Shown here piece by piece: positions 11,151 through 19,548 of a stretch of 64,000 nt of DNA. The stretch lies in assembly GCA_030745835.1 (NCBI GenBank), contig JASLNU010000077.1:4521-68520 (forward strand). Reading direction: 5' to 3'. Both the position numbers and the translations under genes were made by a program. Numbering within the stretch: position 1 is the stretch's first letter; each line of letters starts with the position of its first letter. A model generated the notes under the pieces. It had not been told where the DNA came from, searched no databases, and saw only the letters and a list, made by a program, of their open reading frames with translations. This DNA is from Rhodospirillales bacterium. Lineage in GTDB: Bacteria; Pseudomonadota; Alphaproteobacteria; Rhodospirillales; UBA2165.

Positions 11151-12035
11151 TTAGACCAGCTTCTTCAGCCCCAGTATGGCGCGTGCCTCTTCCGCCGTCG
11201 CCGGTTCCTTGCCGAGGGTGCGCAGGATTCCGACGCCGCGTTCGACCAGCGCCGCATTGCTCGGCGCCGGCACGCCCTTGTCGAGATAGAGGTTATCTTC
11301 CATGCCGACCCGGACATGGCCGCCGAGCAGCGCCGATTGGGCGAGCATCGGAAATTCGCCGGCGCCGATGCCGAACGACGCCCAATGGGCGCCGGCGGGC
11401 AGATGATCGCGCATGAACATCATGTGATCGGTCGTTTGCTCCAGCCCCCAGGGAATGCCGAGGCAAATCTGATAGAGCGGCGGCGCCTCGATGACGCCGT
11501 CGGCGACCATCTTGTTGGCCAACCGCAAGTGGCCGGTGTCGAAGACTTCGATCTCCGGCTTGGCGCCGACGCGCTTGGCGGTCTCGGCCATGCGTTTGAG
11601 ATGCTCGGGCGTGTTGATAATCACGAAATCGCCGAAATTCATGCTGCCGTAATCGAGGGTGCAGATTTCAGGCTTGTTTTCTTCGACATGCTGCATGCGG
11701 ATATCGGGGGTCTGCACGGCCGAGGTGCCGGCGGCGTCATTGGCGTCCGGCGCGCTCGGCGTAAAACGGGCGCCGTGGCCGCAGGTCAGATTGATCACCA
11801 CATCGGTGCCGTCGTCGCGGATGCGCTCGACGACCTCTTTATAAAGCTCCGGCGCCATGCTCGGCGCGCCGGTTTCGGGATCGCGGACATGGATATGCAC
11901 GACGGCGGCGCCCGCCTTGGCCGCCTCGATGCCGGAATTGGCAATTTCTTCGGGGGTAATCGGCAGGCCGGGATGCTTCTTCGGCGGCGTCACCGAGCCG
12001 GTGAGCGCACAGGTTAAAATCGTCTTCGCGGCCAT
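11151..12035 (-). CDS. BKACE-family (3-keto-5-aminohexanoate cleavage, DUF849) enzyme
   Basis: 294 aa: ILTCALTGS, HIHVRDPETG, GGHVRVGMEDNLY. Confidence 0.85.
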   Translation of the reverse strand: MAAKTILTCALTGSVTPPKKHPGLPITPEEIANSGIEAAKAGAAVVHIHVRDPETGAPSMAPELYKEVVERIRDDGTDVVINLTCGHGARFTPSAPDANDAAGTSAVQTPDIRMQHVEENKPEICTLDYGSMNFGDFVIINTPEHLKRMAETAKRVGAKPEIEVFDTGHLRLANKMVADGVIEAPPLYQICLGIPWGLEQTTDHMMFMRDHLPAGAHWASFGIGAGEFPMLAQSALLGGHVRVGMEDNLYLDKGVPAPSNAALVERGVGILRTLGKEPATAEEARAILGLKKLV

Positions 12036-12179
12036 CTCTCATTGCTCCCTGGTTGATAGGCTGATCCGGGCGATTGTAGCGGAAGTCTCCGGCCAGGCAA
12101 CGCCGGGGAGGCGGCGCGTTGAAATTGAGTGTCTGGCAGCCTAGTATTTTGCCCCCCATATGCTGGAGAAAGACCCATC

Positions 12180-13499
12180 ATGGATACAGGCATCGCTTCA
12201 ACCGTCGGCCTGAACCTCGACTACCAGACCGGCTTCGGCAACGAATTTCAGACCGAAGCCGTGGCCGGCGCCCTGCCTGAGGGCAGGAATTCACCGCAGA
12301 AGGCGCCCCTCGGGCTCTATGCGGAGATCATCTCGGGCACCGCCTTCACGGCGCCCCGGGCCGACAATCAGCGCACCTGGTTCTACCGCATCCGGCCGTC
12401 GGTGGTGCACAAGCCGTTCCGGCAGGTGGACGCCAAGCACTTACGCGGCGCGCCCTTCGACGATGCCCCCGCCAATCCCAGCCAGATGCGCTGGAACCCG
12501 CCTGCCATTCCCGAAGCGCCGACCGACTTTATCGACGGCCTGATGACCCTCTGCGGCGGCGGCGATGCGATGGCCGGCGGCGGACTGGCGGTGCATATCT
12601 ACGCCGCCAATACCTCGATGACCGAGCGGTTTTTCTACAACGCCGACGGTGAGTTTCTGATCGTGCCCCAGATGGGCCGCATACTGCTGCGAACCGAAAT
12701 GGGCAATCTGGAATTCGGGCCCGGTGAGATCGGGCTCGCGCCGCGCGGCGTCAAGTTCCACGTCGAACTGCCGGACGGCGAGGCGCGCGGCTATGTCGCC
12801 GAGAATTTCGGCGCCGCCCTGCGCTTGCCCAACCTTGGCCCGATCGGTTCCAACGGGCTCGCCAATCCGCGCGACTTCAAAACGCCGGTGGCGGCCTTCG
12901 AGGACCGCGAGGGAGATTTTACCCTGACAGCTAAGTTCGAGGGCAATCTGTGGGACGCCGAGATCGGTCATTCGCCGCTCGACGTGGTCGGCTGGCACGG
13001 CAACCTGGCGCCTTATAAATACAACCTCGCCGATTTCATGGTTATCAACACGGTCAGTTTCGACCATTGCGATCCGTCCATCTTCACGGTGCTGACCTCG
13101 CAGTCGGCGACGCCGGGCACCGCCAATCTGGATTTCGTCATCTTCCCGCCGCGCTGGATGGTCGGCGAGGACACCTACCGGCCGCCCTGGTTCCACCGCA
13201 ATTACATGAGCGAGTTCATGGGCCTGATTACCGGCGCCTATGACGGCCGCGAGGAAGGTTTCGTTCCCGGCGGATCGAGCCTGCACAACCGCATGACGCC
13301 GCACGGCAACGATGCCGAGGTCTATGAAAAGGCGAGCACCGAAAAGCTTGAGCCCACCTACCTCGCCGATACCATGGCCTTCATGTTCGAAACCCACCTC
13401 GCCTACCGGCCGACCCGCTTCGCCCTCGAAACACCGCTTTTGCAGAAGAATTATTTCGAAACCTGGCAAGGGCTGAAAAGGCATTTCAAGGGTGGATAG
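12180..13499 (+). CDS. hmgA: Homogentisate 1,2-dioxygenase
   Basis: [46 protein letters not shown] is the canonical HmgA N-terminus. I chose the ATG at 12180, with GGAGA about 10 nt upstream. The track's GTG at 12129 is an alternative. Confidence 0.9.
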   Translation: MDTGIASTVGLNLDYQTGFGNEFQTEAVAGALPEGRNSPQKAPLGLYAEIISGTAFTAPRADNQRTWFYRIRPSVVHKPFRQVDAKHLRGAPFDDAPANPSQMRWNPPAIPEAPTDFIDGLMTLCGGGDAMAGGGLAVHIYAANTSMTERFFYNADGEFLIVPQMGRILLRTEMGNLEFGPGEIGLAPRGVKFHVELPDGEARGYVAENFGAALRLPNLGPIGSNGLANPRDFKTPVAAFEDREGDFTLTAKFEGNLWDAEIGHSPLDVVGWHGNLAPYKYNLADFMVINTVSFDHCDPSIFTVLTSQSATPGTANLDFVIFPPRWMVGEDTYRPPWFHRNYMSEFMGLITGAYDGREEGFVPGGSSLHNRMTPHGNDAEVYEKASTEKLEPTYLADTMAFMFETHLAYRPTRFALETPLLQKNYFETWQGLKRHFKGG

Positions 13500-14718
13500 T
13501 CCGGCAAATCCCGGCGCCGATGAGGCGCGCGCCTTCGATCTCAATGCCATCGGCGACGAATTCCTGGAAAACCCGTTTCCCATGTACCGGGCCTTGCGCG
13601 AACATGCGCCGATCCACATCAACCCGGACGGCACCTATTTCCTGACCCGCTATGACGACGTCATGGCCGGCTATCGCCACCGGGCGATGAGTTCCGATAA
13701 GAAAGTCGATTTCAAACCCAAGTTCGGCGGCGGCCCGCTTTACACCCACCACACCACTTCCCTGGTGTTCAACGATGATCCCTACCACAAGCGGGTGCGC
13801 AAGCTCCTGGCCGGCGCCTTTTCGCCGCGCCAGCTTGCGGCCCTGACCCCGGTGATCGAAGACATTGTCGAGAAAATGCTGGACGATGTCGCCGAGATGG
13901 GCAGCTTCGATGCGGTCACCGACTACGCCTTGCGCCTGCCGACCGAGATTATCGCCGATATGCTGGGCGTGCCCGAAGCCCACCGGCACCTAATGCACGG
14001 CTATTCAAACCTGATCCTGGGCGCCCTCGATCCCATCGTGCCGCCGGCCAAGATGGCGGCAGGCCACCAAGCGGTGGAGGAATTCGGCGCCCTGCTCGCC
14101 GACCTGATCGATCACCGCAGGAAACACCCCGGCGAAGGCGAGCGCGGCGAAGTGTTGGCCGCGCTGATCTTCGGCGAGATCGACGGCGAGAAACTGAGCG
14201 ACGAGGAATTGGTGCAGAACTGTATCTTCCTGTTGAACGCCGGCCACGAAACGACGGCCAGCATGGTCGGCCATGGGCTCGCCACCTTGCTCGAAAATCC
14301 GGTTGAATTGCGGCGACTGCAGGGTGATCCGGGCCTGATCGAACCGGCGGTGGAGGAGTTCTTGCGCCTGCAAAGCCCGCTGCAGATCGGCCACCGCAAG
14401 GCCACCGAGGATGTGGAATTTTCATCGGCCACCATCCCCGCCGGCGCCTTCATCCATCTTTGTATCGCCGGCGCCAACCGCGATCCGGAAGTCTTCGACG
14501 ATCCGGAAAATGTCGATATCGGGCGCGATCCAAATCCGCAGATTTCGTTCGGCGCCGGCCAGCATGTCTGCATGGGCAATACGCTGGGCCGTATCGAGGG
14601 GCGGATCGCCATCGGCCGCTTCGTCGAGCGCTTTGCCAAGATGCGCCAGGCCGGCGAGAAGCGTTATCACGGCCGCGCCAAATTCCGCGGCTTGAAAACC
14701 TTGCCGATGGAAGTGTAA
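13492..14718 (+). CDS. Cytochrome P450
   Basis: 408 aa with the haem-thiolate loop [14 protein letters not shown], the I-helix LLNAGHETT and EEFLR (ExxR). The GTG start overlaps the hmgA stop by 8 nt. Confidence 0.9.
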   Translation: MDSPANPGADEARAFDLNAIGDEFLENPFPMYRALREHAPIHINPDGTYFLTRYDDVMAGYRHRAMSSDKKVDFKPKFGGGPLYTHHTTSLVFNDDPYHKRVRKLLAGAFSPRQLAALTPVIEDIVEKMLDDVAEMGSFDAVTDYALRLPTEIIADMLGVPEAHRHLMHGYSNLILGALDPIVPPAKMAAGHQAVEEFGALLADLIDHRRKHPGEGERGEVLAALIFGEIDGEKLSDEELVQNCIFLLNAGHETTASMVGHGLATLLENPVELRRLQGDPGLIEPAVEEFLRLQSPLQIGHRKATEDVEFSSATIPAGAFIHLCIAGANRDPEVFDDPENVDIGRDPNPQISFGAGQHVCMGNTLGRIEGRIAIGRFVERFAKMRQAGEKRYHGRAKFRGLKTLPMEV

Positions 14719-14758
14719 CGGGAATAGCGCGCAAGGGTTGGCATGGCCGGATAATACG

Positions 14759-15889
14759 TTAGCGCCCCAGCACCTGGTGCAGCAGTTCGACGGCGGCGAT
14801 GTGGTCGGCGATCAGGCCTTCCATATAGTCTTGCGGCGTCGCCAGCCCGGTTTGCGCCGACATTTTGGCCGGACCGCGTCCGAAACCGCAGGGCGCGGCG
14901 ATGCCGAAGTCGGGAATATGAGTTTTGATCAATTGCATTTGCCGGCGCATGCCGCCCTCTTCATGGAGGGCGTGGATCAGGCCCATATAGACGCGGGCGC
15001 CGCCGGTCTCCAAATCCGCCAGGGGCGCGGTATAGGCTTCGTCGGTGCCGGCAACGGTCGGCATGTGCAGGAAATCGACGGGCCGCCCGGACGCGGCGAC
15101 ACCGGCGTTGCACAATAATACGCAGCCGGTGAGGTCGCTCGGCTGGCGCACCGGCCAGCCGGTCGCGGTGCCGTAGCAGGCATGATATCCGAGCGCCACC
15201 TGGCGCGGGATATGGGCAGAGACGTCATGCGCCGGGGCGAACAGTTCGGTGACCATATCCTTGACCGCCGGCGTCGGCCCGCCTTCTTCTTCGAGCGCCC
15301 GCTCGATCAACGTGTCCTCGATGGCGCAGTCCCACTGGATGGCCAGATCACCATGCGGGATGTTTTCGAAGATGGTCGTCACCTCGTGGTGCAGTGCCTC
15401 GGTGAAACCGTCGCGGATGCGCGGATAGTCGTCGGGATCCTGGAAAAACAGGCGGATGCCGCTGGCCGTCAGGGGGATCGAAACCTGGAAGCGGACGCCG
15501 GCGGGAATGACGCCTTCACCGCGCAAGGTCTTAAAAACGAAATAGGAGTTGATGGCGTCGCGGGCATAGCCGAGGCGCCATCCGGGATCGCCGAAGCGCA
15601 CCTGTTTGACCCCCGGCTTGACCTTGAACAGCCATTTCGCCTCAGCGCCAAGCTGTCTGCCGCTCGAGGCTTCGACGCCTTCGGCGGTCATCGGGCGTTC
15701 GATGGTTTCGATGTCGGGATGGCCATGAAAGACGCGATAGGCCAGATGATTGATCCAAAAGGTGCGATCGCCGATCTCGCCGTCGGGGATAAACGGCATC
15801 CACGCGCCGAGCGGCGGGCCGATGGCGCGGAACACTTGTTCGGTGGTGTCGTAGGGAACGCTGCCCACCAGCATCAGATCTTCGGCCAC
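14759..15889 (-). CDS. Conserved hypothetical protein, possibly with a MetE/UROD-like (cobalamin-independent methyltransferase) fold
   Basis: 376 aa with coding-like composition. GYHACYG and APCGFGRG resemble the His/Cys zinc-ligand motifs of the MetE-like superfamily. The functional call is tentative. Confidence 0.55.
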   Translation of the reverse strand: MAEDLMLVGSVPYDTTEQVFRAIGPPLGAWMPFIPDGEIGDRTFWINHLAYRVFHGHPDIETIERPMTAEGVEASSGRQLGAEAKWLFKVKPGVKQVRFGDPGWRLGYARDAINSYFVFKTLRGEGVIPAGVRFQVSIPLTASGIRLFFQDPDDYPRIRDGFTEALHHEVTTIFENIPHGDLAIQWDCAIEDTLIERALEEEGGPTPAVKDMVTELFAPAHDVSAHIPRQVALGYHACYGTATGWPVRQPSDLTGCVLLCNAGVAASGRPVDFLHMPTVAGTDEAYTAPLADLETGGARVYMGLIHALHEEGGMRRQMQLIKTHIPDFGIAAPCGFGRGPAKMSAQTGLATPQDYMEGLIADHIAAVELLHQVLGR

Positions 15890-15930
15890 GTTCTACCTCC
15901 CGTCATGCGCCCGCCCGAAGCGACGATAAG

Positions 15931-16737
15931 TTAGCCGCCCGGTTTGAGCGCCTTCCAGACCTTCTTGGTGGTATCGCTCATTAATATGTCGTGCTGATTG
16001 CCGAGGCAGGCGCGCAGGCCCGGCATCGATTCGACACGCAGCTTGAACCGGCAAGCCTTGATCGCCCGGGTCAGCAGGCGCGCGGTTTCCGGCTGTTTCG
16101 CCGCGGCATCCGCAGCAACCACCTCATTCCAGACCGGTTCGATCCGATCCGCGCCGACATGCCGGCTCAAGGGCAGCCGGTTGATCATCTGATTGAGGTA
16201 TTCGGTGGCGGTCAAGCTCGCCCGGTCGCCATGCATGGCGCCATCGGCGAGGGGACGGAGGGCGCCCGTGTAGCGTTCGATCTCTCGCCGGCTCAGCGGG
16301 TTGGTATCACCGGCCGCGGCAACCGGAACGGCGGACGCCAACGGACCGACGGAAAGCGCGGCGGTCTCGATGTTCAACCCGGCGTCGCGGAGCGCGGCCT
16401 CGGGCAGGCGCACCAGCACCGAAGTGAAGGAGCGCACCGAGCGCATCGTGACCCGGTGGGCGATCGCCAGCGAGCGCCTGAGGCTGTCCGGCCCGGTGGC
16501 GGTCACCGTTATTTCGGTTCCTTTCGCAGGCGTATACGCGGTGCCCGGCTCGGGCACGTCGCGCTGCTGCTGCAGACAGACGGCGGAAATCTCGGCGCTG
16601 CAGGTGCCGCCGGCGCAGGTCAGCGGCACCGGCTTGGCCGATGCCACCAGCCCCAAAATCTGCGGCGCGGCCTCAAGTCCGGTTGCGGCAACGAGGAAAG
16701 GAAGGGCGGCAAATATTGCAACGGCTTTGGGATACAT
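15931..16737 (-). CDS. Secreted hypothetical protein
   Basis: Signal-peptide-like N-terminus MYPKAVAIFAALPFLVAATGLEAA and several Cys residues. I recognise no family. Confidence 0.6.
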   Translation of the reverse strand: MYPKAVAIFAALPFLVAATGLEAAPQILGLVASAKPVPLTCAGGTCSAEISAVCLQQQRDVPEPGTAYTPAKGTEITVTATGPDSLRRSLAIAHRVTMRSVRSFTSVLVRLPEAALRDAGLNIETAALSVGPLASAVPVAAAGDTNPLSRREIERYTGALRPLADGAMHGDRASLTATEYLNQMINRLPLSRHVGADRIEPVWNEVVAADAAAKQPETARLLTRAIKACRFKLRVESMPGLRACLGNQHDILMSDTTKKVWKALKPGG

Positions 16738-16826
16738 CGATACCTCCACATCTGCAATTCCAGCGGATTATGCCCTAGTTTACACGCAAACCAGATTGCA
16801 GGGAAACGGGTAAGTTCCCAGCGCCG

Positions 16827-17750
16827 TTAGCCGAGCGCGGCGAACAATTCCTCGCCCAGCTCGGCGCGCGCTTCATCGACGACGGGCTGCACGGCTTGCT
16901 TGAAGGCGGCGCGCTCGGCATCGGTCATGTCCAGGGGCTCGATTCCGGCGGCGCGCAATTGGGCCATCATCTCCGCATCCTCGGCGGCGGCGAAACCGCG
17001 CTGGGCGCTGGTGGCGATCCCGGCGGCCTCTTCCATTGCGGCGCGCATATCGGCGGGCCGGGCATCGAAAATCTGTTTATTGCAAAGCAGCAGCGAGACA
17101 CCGAACAGGTGCCCGGACAGGGTGAAGTACGGGTGGTGCTTGTGGACGCCGAACTGATAGCTGTTGGTCAGCGGGTTTTCCTGGGCGTCGACCTCGCCCG
17201 AGGCCACTGCCGCCGGATAATCGGCGACATCGATAAACACCGGCTCGAACCCCAGCCGGCGGAACGATTTCTGGTGCAGCTCGGAGTTCATGGAACGAAT
17301 TTTGAGGCCCTGGCAATCGGCCGGGCTGCGCAGCGGCCGCGCGTTGTTGGAGAAATGCCGAAAGCCGTTGTCCCAGAAGGCGAGCACGCGAAAACCGGTG
17401 TTTTCGGCGAACCGGGCCTTTAACAGTTCGCCGAGCCCGCCGTCGAGGGCGGCGTAGGCCTTTTCCCGGCTGTCGATCAGGAACGGCAGATCGAAGACGC
17501 CGATTTCCGGCACCCTTCCCGCCAGATAGCTGGAAGCGAAATAGCACATGGTCAGCTGGCCGGTTTCCACCAGATCCAGCAGATCGGCGGCCTTGGCGCC
17601 CGGGGTTTCGGTGATGTTGGCTTCCAGCTGGAACAGAACGCGGGCCCCAAGGCGGGTAACAAGCTCGTTGCCGAATACCTCGGCGCCCCGGGTGTGCACC
17701 GAAGCGTCCCCCTGGTAGCGTCCGAAATTGATGGTGATGGTGGGCATCAA
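16827..17750 (-). CDS. TRAP-transporter DctP-family solute-binding protein homologue lacking a signal peptide (orphan)
   Basis: 307 aa. ...FASSYLAGRVPEIGVFDLPFL...RVLAFWDNGFRHFSN... matches DctP-family binding proteins. The ORF begins MMPTITINFG with an in-frame TAA 6 nt upstream, so no leader peptide is possible. There is no adjacent dctQ or dctM. Confidence 0.8.
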   Translation of the reverse strand: MMPTITINFGRYQGDASVHTRGAEVFGNELVTRLGARVLFQLEANITETPGAKAADLLDLVETGQLTMCYFASSYLAGRVPEIGVFDLPFLIDSREKAYAALDGGLGELLKARFAENTGFRVLAFWDNGFRHFSNNARPLRSPADCQGLKIRSMNSELHQKSFRRLGFEPVFIDVADYPAAVASGEVDAQENPLTNSYQFGVHKHHPYFTLSGHLFGVSLLLCNKQIFDARPADMRAAMEEAAGIATSAQRGFAAAEDAEMMAQLRAAGIEPLDMTDAERAAFKQAVQPVVDEARAELGEELFAALG

Positions 17751-17786
17751 TTATTCCTTATCACTGGCCGGCAAAATTTCCGGATG

Positions 17787-17893
17787 CGACATATTTCGGC
17801 AATTTGAGGCATGGACATCCTGGTCATTTATAGACATTTGTGGACATTCGCGGACATTTCCCAAGGGTTTTCACCACAGAGACGGTGAGACGC
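17787..17893 (+). repeat. Mosaic intergenic element, left module A (GCGACATATTTCG + five 10-bp-phased GGACAT-type boxes)
   Basis: Aligns with 37038-37132. Boxes GGACAT 17813, GGTCAT 17822, AGACAT 17832, GGACAT 17842 and GGACAT 17852 are each followed by a short T-tract. Confidence 0.6.
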
Positions 17894-17900
17894 AAAGGGC

Positions 17901-17972
17901 ACAGCCCCAACGAAAAATTATTGGGGGATGGCATGGCTGGCCACGCGGGCGTCCGGTCGGGCACGGGAACCA
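17901..17972 (+). repeat. Intergenic repeat family, copy 2
   Basis: ACAGCCCC..TGGGGGATGGCATGGCTGGCCACGCGGGCGTCCGGTCGGGCACGGGAAC is the same consensus as copies 1, 3, 5 and 6. Confidence 0.55.
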
Positions 17973-18015
17973 GTATTCTTCTCGCACCGCACCAGATAAT
18001 TTTCTCACCGTCTTT

Positions 18016-18043
18016 CCCCCTCCCCACTCCGAGGGGGAGGGCC
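18016..18043. repeat. G/C hairpin (CCCTCCCC-loop-GGGGAGGG), REP-like
   Basis: 8-bp stem 18018-18025 / 18034-18041 with an 8-nt loop. A similar hairpin, CTTCCCCC..GGGGGAAG, lies at about 18394-18423. Confidence 0.5.
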
Positions 18044-18251
18044 GGGGTGGGGGGGCAAAACCCAGCATCGCGCCAAGACCGACGCCCGCCTGGCCAACCA
18101 TTCCACGCCTAAGCGGGCTGCATCGATTTCCCACCATACCGGATCACCATCATTCCTACCGTTTCATACCTATTTATACCGCTCCAACGGGTCAAGCCCG
18201 CCGCGCCAGCGCACCGCATATTCTTGAAGTAAATGAAGAAGGTTGAGTATA

Positions 18252-18266
18252 GAACAAAAAAGGAAC
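18252..18266 (+). promoter_or_regulatory. GAAC-N7-GAAC motif (form of the alphaproteobacterial LexA/SOS operator)
   Basis: Exact GAACaaaaaagGAAC. It sits in a 35-nt block (GTATAGAACA...GAACAA.TGCAAG.AAA) that is conserved at 37226-37260. Confidence 0.35.
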
Positions 18267-18288
18267 AATTGCAAGGAAATATGATAGA

Positions 18289-18344
18289 AGCAGCCCGGCT
18301 GGGGATGGCCGGGTCGGCCAGCCGGGCGTGAGGTACACTCGGAA
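18289..18344 (+). repeat. Intergenic repeat family, copy 3 (left bracket of the low-GC cassette)
   Basis: AGCAGCCCGGCTGGGGATGGCCGGGTCGGCCAGCCGGGCGTGAGGTACACTCGGAA. The reverse complement of 20435-20519 shares both ends (AGCAGCCCG ... ACTCGGAA). Confidence 0.6.
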
Positions 18345-18630
18345 ATATATTATGCAGGTGTAATACAAAACCTCCTCATTGCTTGTGGCGCCCCCATCCC
18401 GGCCTTCCCCCATGGCGGGGGGAAGCGCTATTTCGTGACAACGGTACACACATTTCACGGTTATTAGCCCTCTATTAGTATACTGTACCTAAAATAGCAT
18501 TCGCTCCTAATCAAGGGTGGCCACCATAGCAAGATTACGTTGCCGTATGACGTGAGAAGGTAGGTGAAAAAATTCAGTTCCAGATTATTTTTGAAAAATC
18601 AATTCCTACCGCCAAAGGGAAATCGTTCAA

Positions 18631-19497
18631 ATGCAATTCAACGACCTTTTAGAGAACCAGAGTATCGACCCGGAAACCGTTCTGGTGTTACGCCACCGTC
18701 CGTCCGAGCCGAAGCTGCGGGAAGTGTTTCCTTGGCTGGCGGCCGAGCGTCCAGAACTTTTTAACGCCTATCAACGCATTCAAACTCTTAAAGTGGAAAA
18801 ATCCATGATGAGGGCGAGTTACGTTGCTTCTTTCATCGGGCACGAGTCGGGGAAAGGACTGTTCGTTGGATTGTATCGAAGGGGCCGTTGGCGCCCGTTG
18901 AGCTATGAAGCGTATTGGAGAATGCGCTCCAGCAAGGATTTACGAAAATTTGGGCACGGCGGATTTGCAGGCGAGCGGGAGGCAATTCAATGGTTTAATC
19001 TACGCTTAACGGATTGCTACTCGGATTGGAAAGGACGGCTCGTCGTCAACTGGCCTCCGCCGGAACGTTCATGGTGGCGTTGGGCGGGCCGAAATCAATT
19101 CGCGGTTCATGCAATCCACGAAGAAAGCTTACTCGATCCACCGATGCCGGAGTGGGACAAACTGGATCTGACTTGGAACCAATTGGATGTTCTGCCCTCG
19201 AACCTCCAAGCGGCTCTTCGTCAATGGCGCGGTATCTATTACATCTTCGATGAAGAAAATAAAAAGGGATACGTGGGGGCTGCCTTTGGCCAAGACAATA
19301 TTTTGGGAAGGTGGCTTAACTATGCGAAATCCGGTCACGGCGGAAATAAAAAGCTTCGCAAGCGTGATCCGAGTAAGTTTCGTTTTACGATCCTACAGCG
19401 CGTATCTCCAGACATGGAATCCCAGGATGTCCAAAGACTTGAAGCATCATGGAAGGACCGTCTCCATACCAGAGAGTTTGGTATGAACGAGAACTGA
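18631..19497 (+). CDS. GIY-YIG nuclease-domain protein with an uncharacterised ~190-aa N-terminal domain
   Basis: 288 aa. The C-terminal GIYYIFDEENKKGYVGAAFGQDNILGRWLNY...FRFTILQ...RLEASWKDRLHT...MNEN supplies GIY, Y(V)G, Arg, Glu and Asn of the GIY-YIG core. GC content is lower than the flanks. AAGGGA lies 11 nt upstream of the ATG. Confidence 0.8.
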   Translation: MQFNDLLENQSIDPETVLVLRHRPSEPKLREVFPWLAAERPELFNAYQRIQTLKVEKSMMRASYVASFIGHESGKGLFVGLYRRGRWRPLSYEAYWRMRSSKDLRKFGHGGFAGEREAIQWFNLRLTDCYSDWKGRLVVNWPPPERSWWRWAGRNQFAVHAIHEESLLDPPMPEWDKLDLTWNQLDVLPSNLQAALRQWRGIYYIFDEENKKGYVGAAFGQDNILGRWLNYAKSGHGGNKKLRKRDPSKFRFTILQRVSPDMESQDVQRLEASWKDRLHTREFGMNEN

Positions 19498-19548
19498 TTA
19501 TCAAGTTTCTGGAATTCTTTTTCCTTTGACAATCATTGGAGGGTAGGA

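Noticed and set aside
17787-18290. MITE with terminal inverted repeats (CATATTTC at 17791 / GAAATATG at about 18277)
   Set aside because: The 8-bp inverted match is present only in this copy. The related element at 37038-37260 lacks the right-hand match, and no target-site duplication is visible.
17728-18458. ORFs of 172 aa (plus strand) and 88 aa (minus strand) across the 17.75-18.46 kb intergenic region
   Set aside because: They are translations of the repeat modules and hairpins. The same peptide fragments recur wherever the repeats recur, in both orientations.
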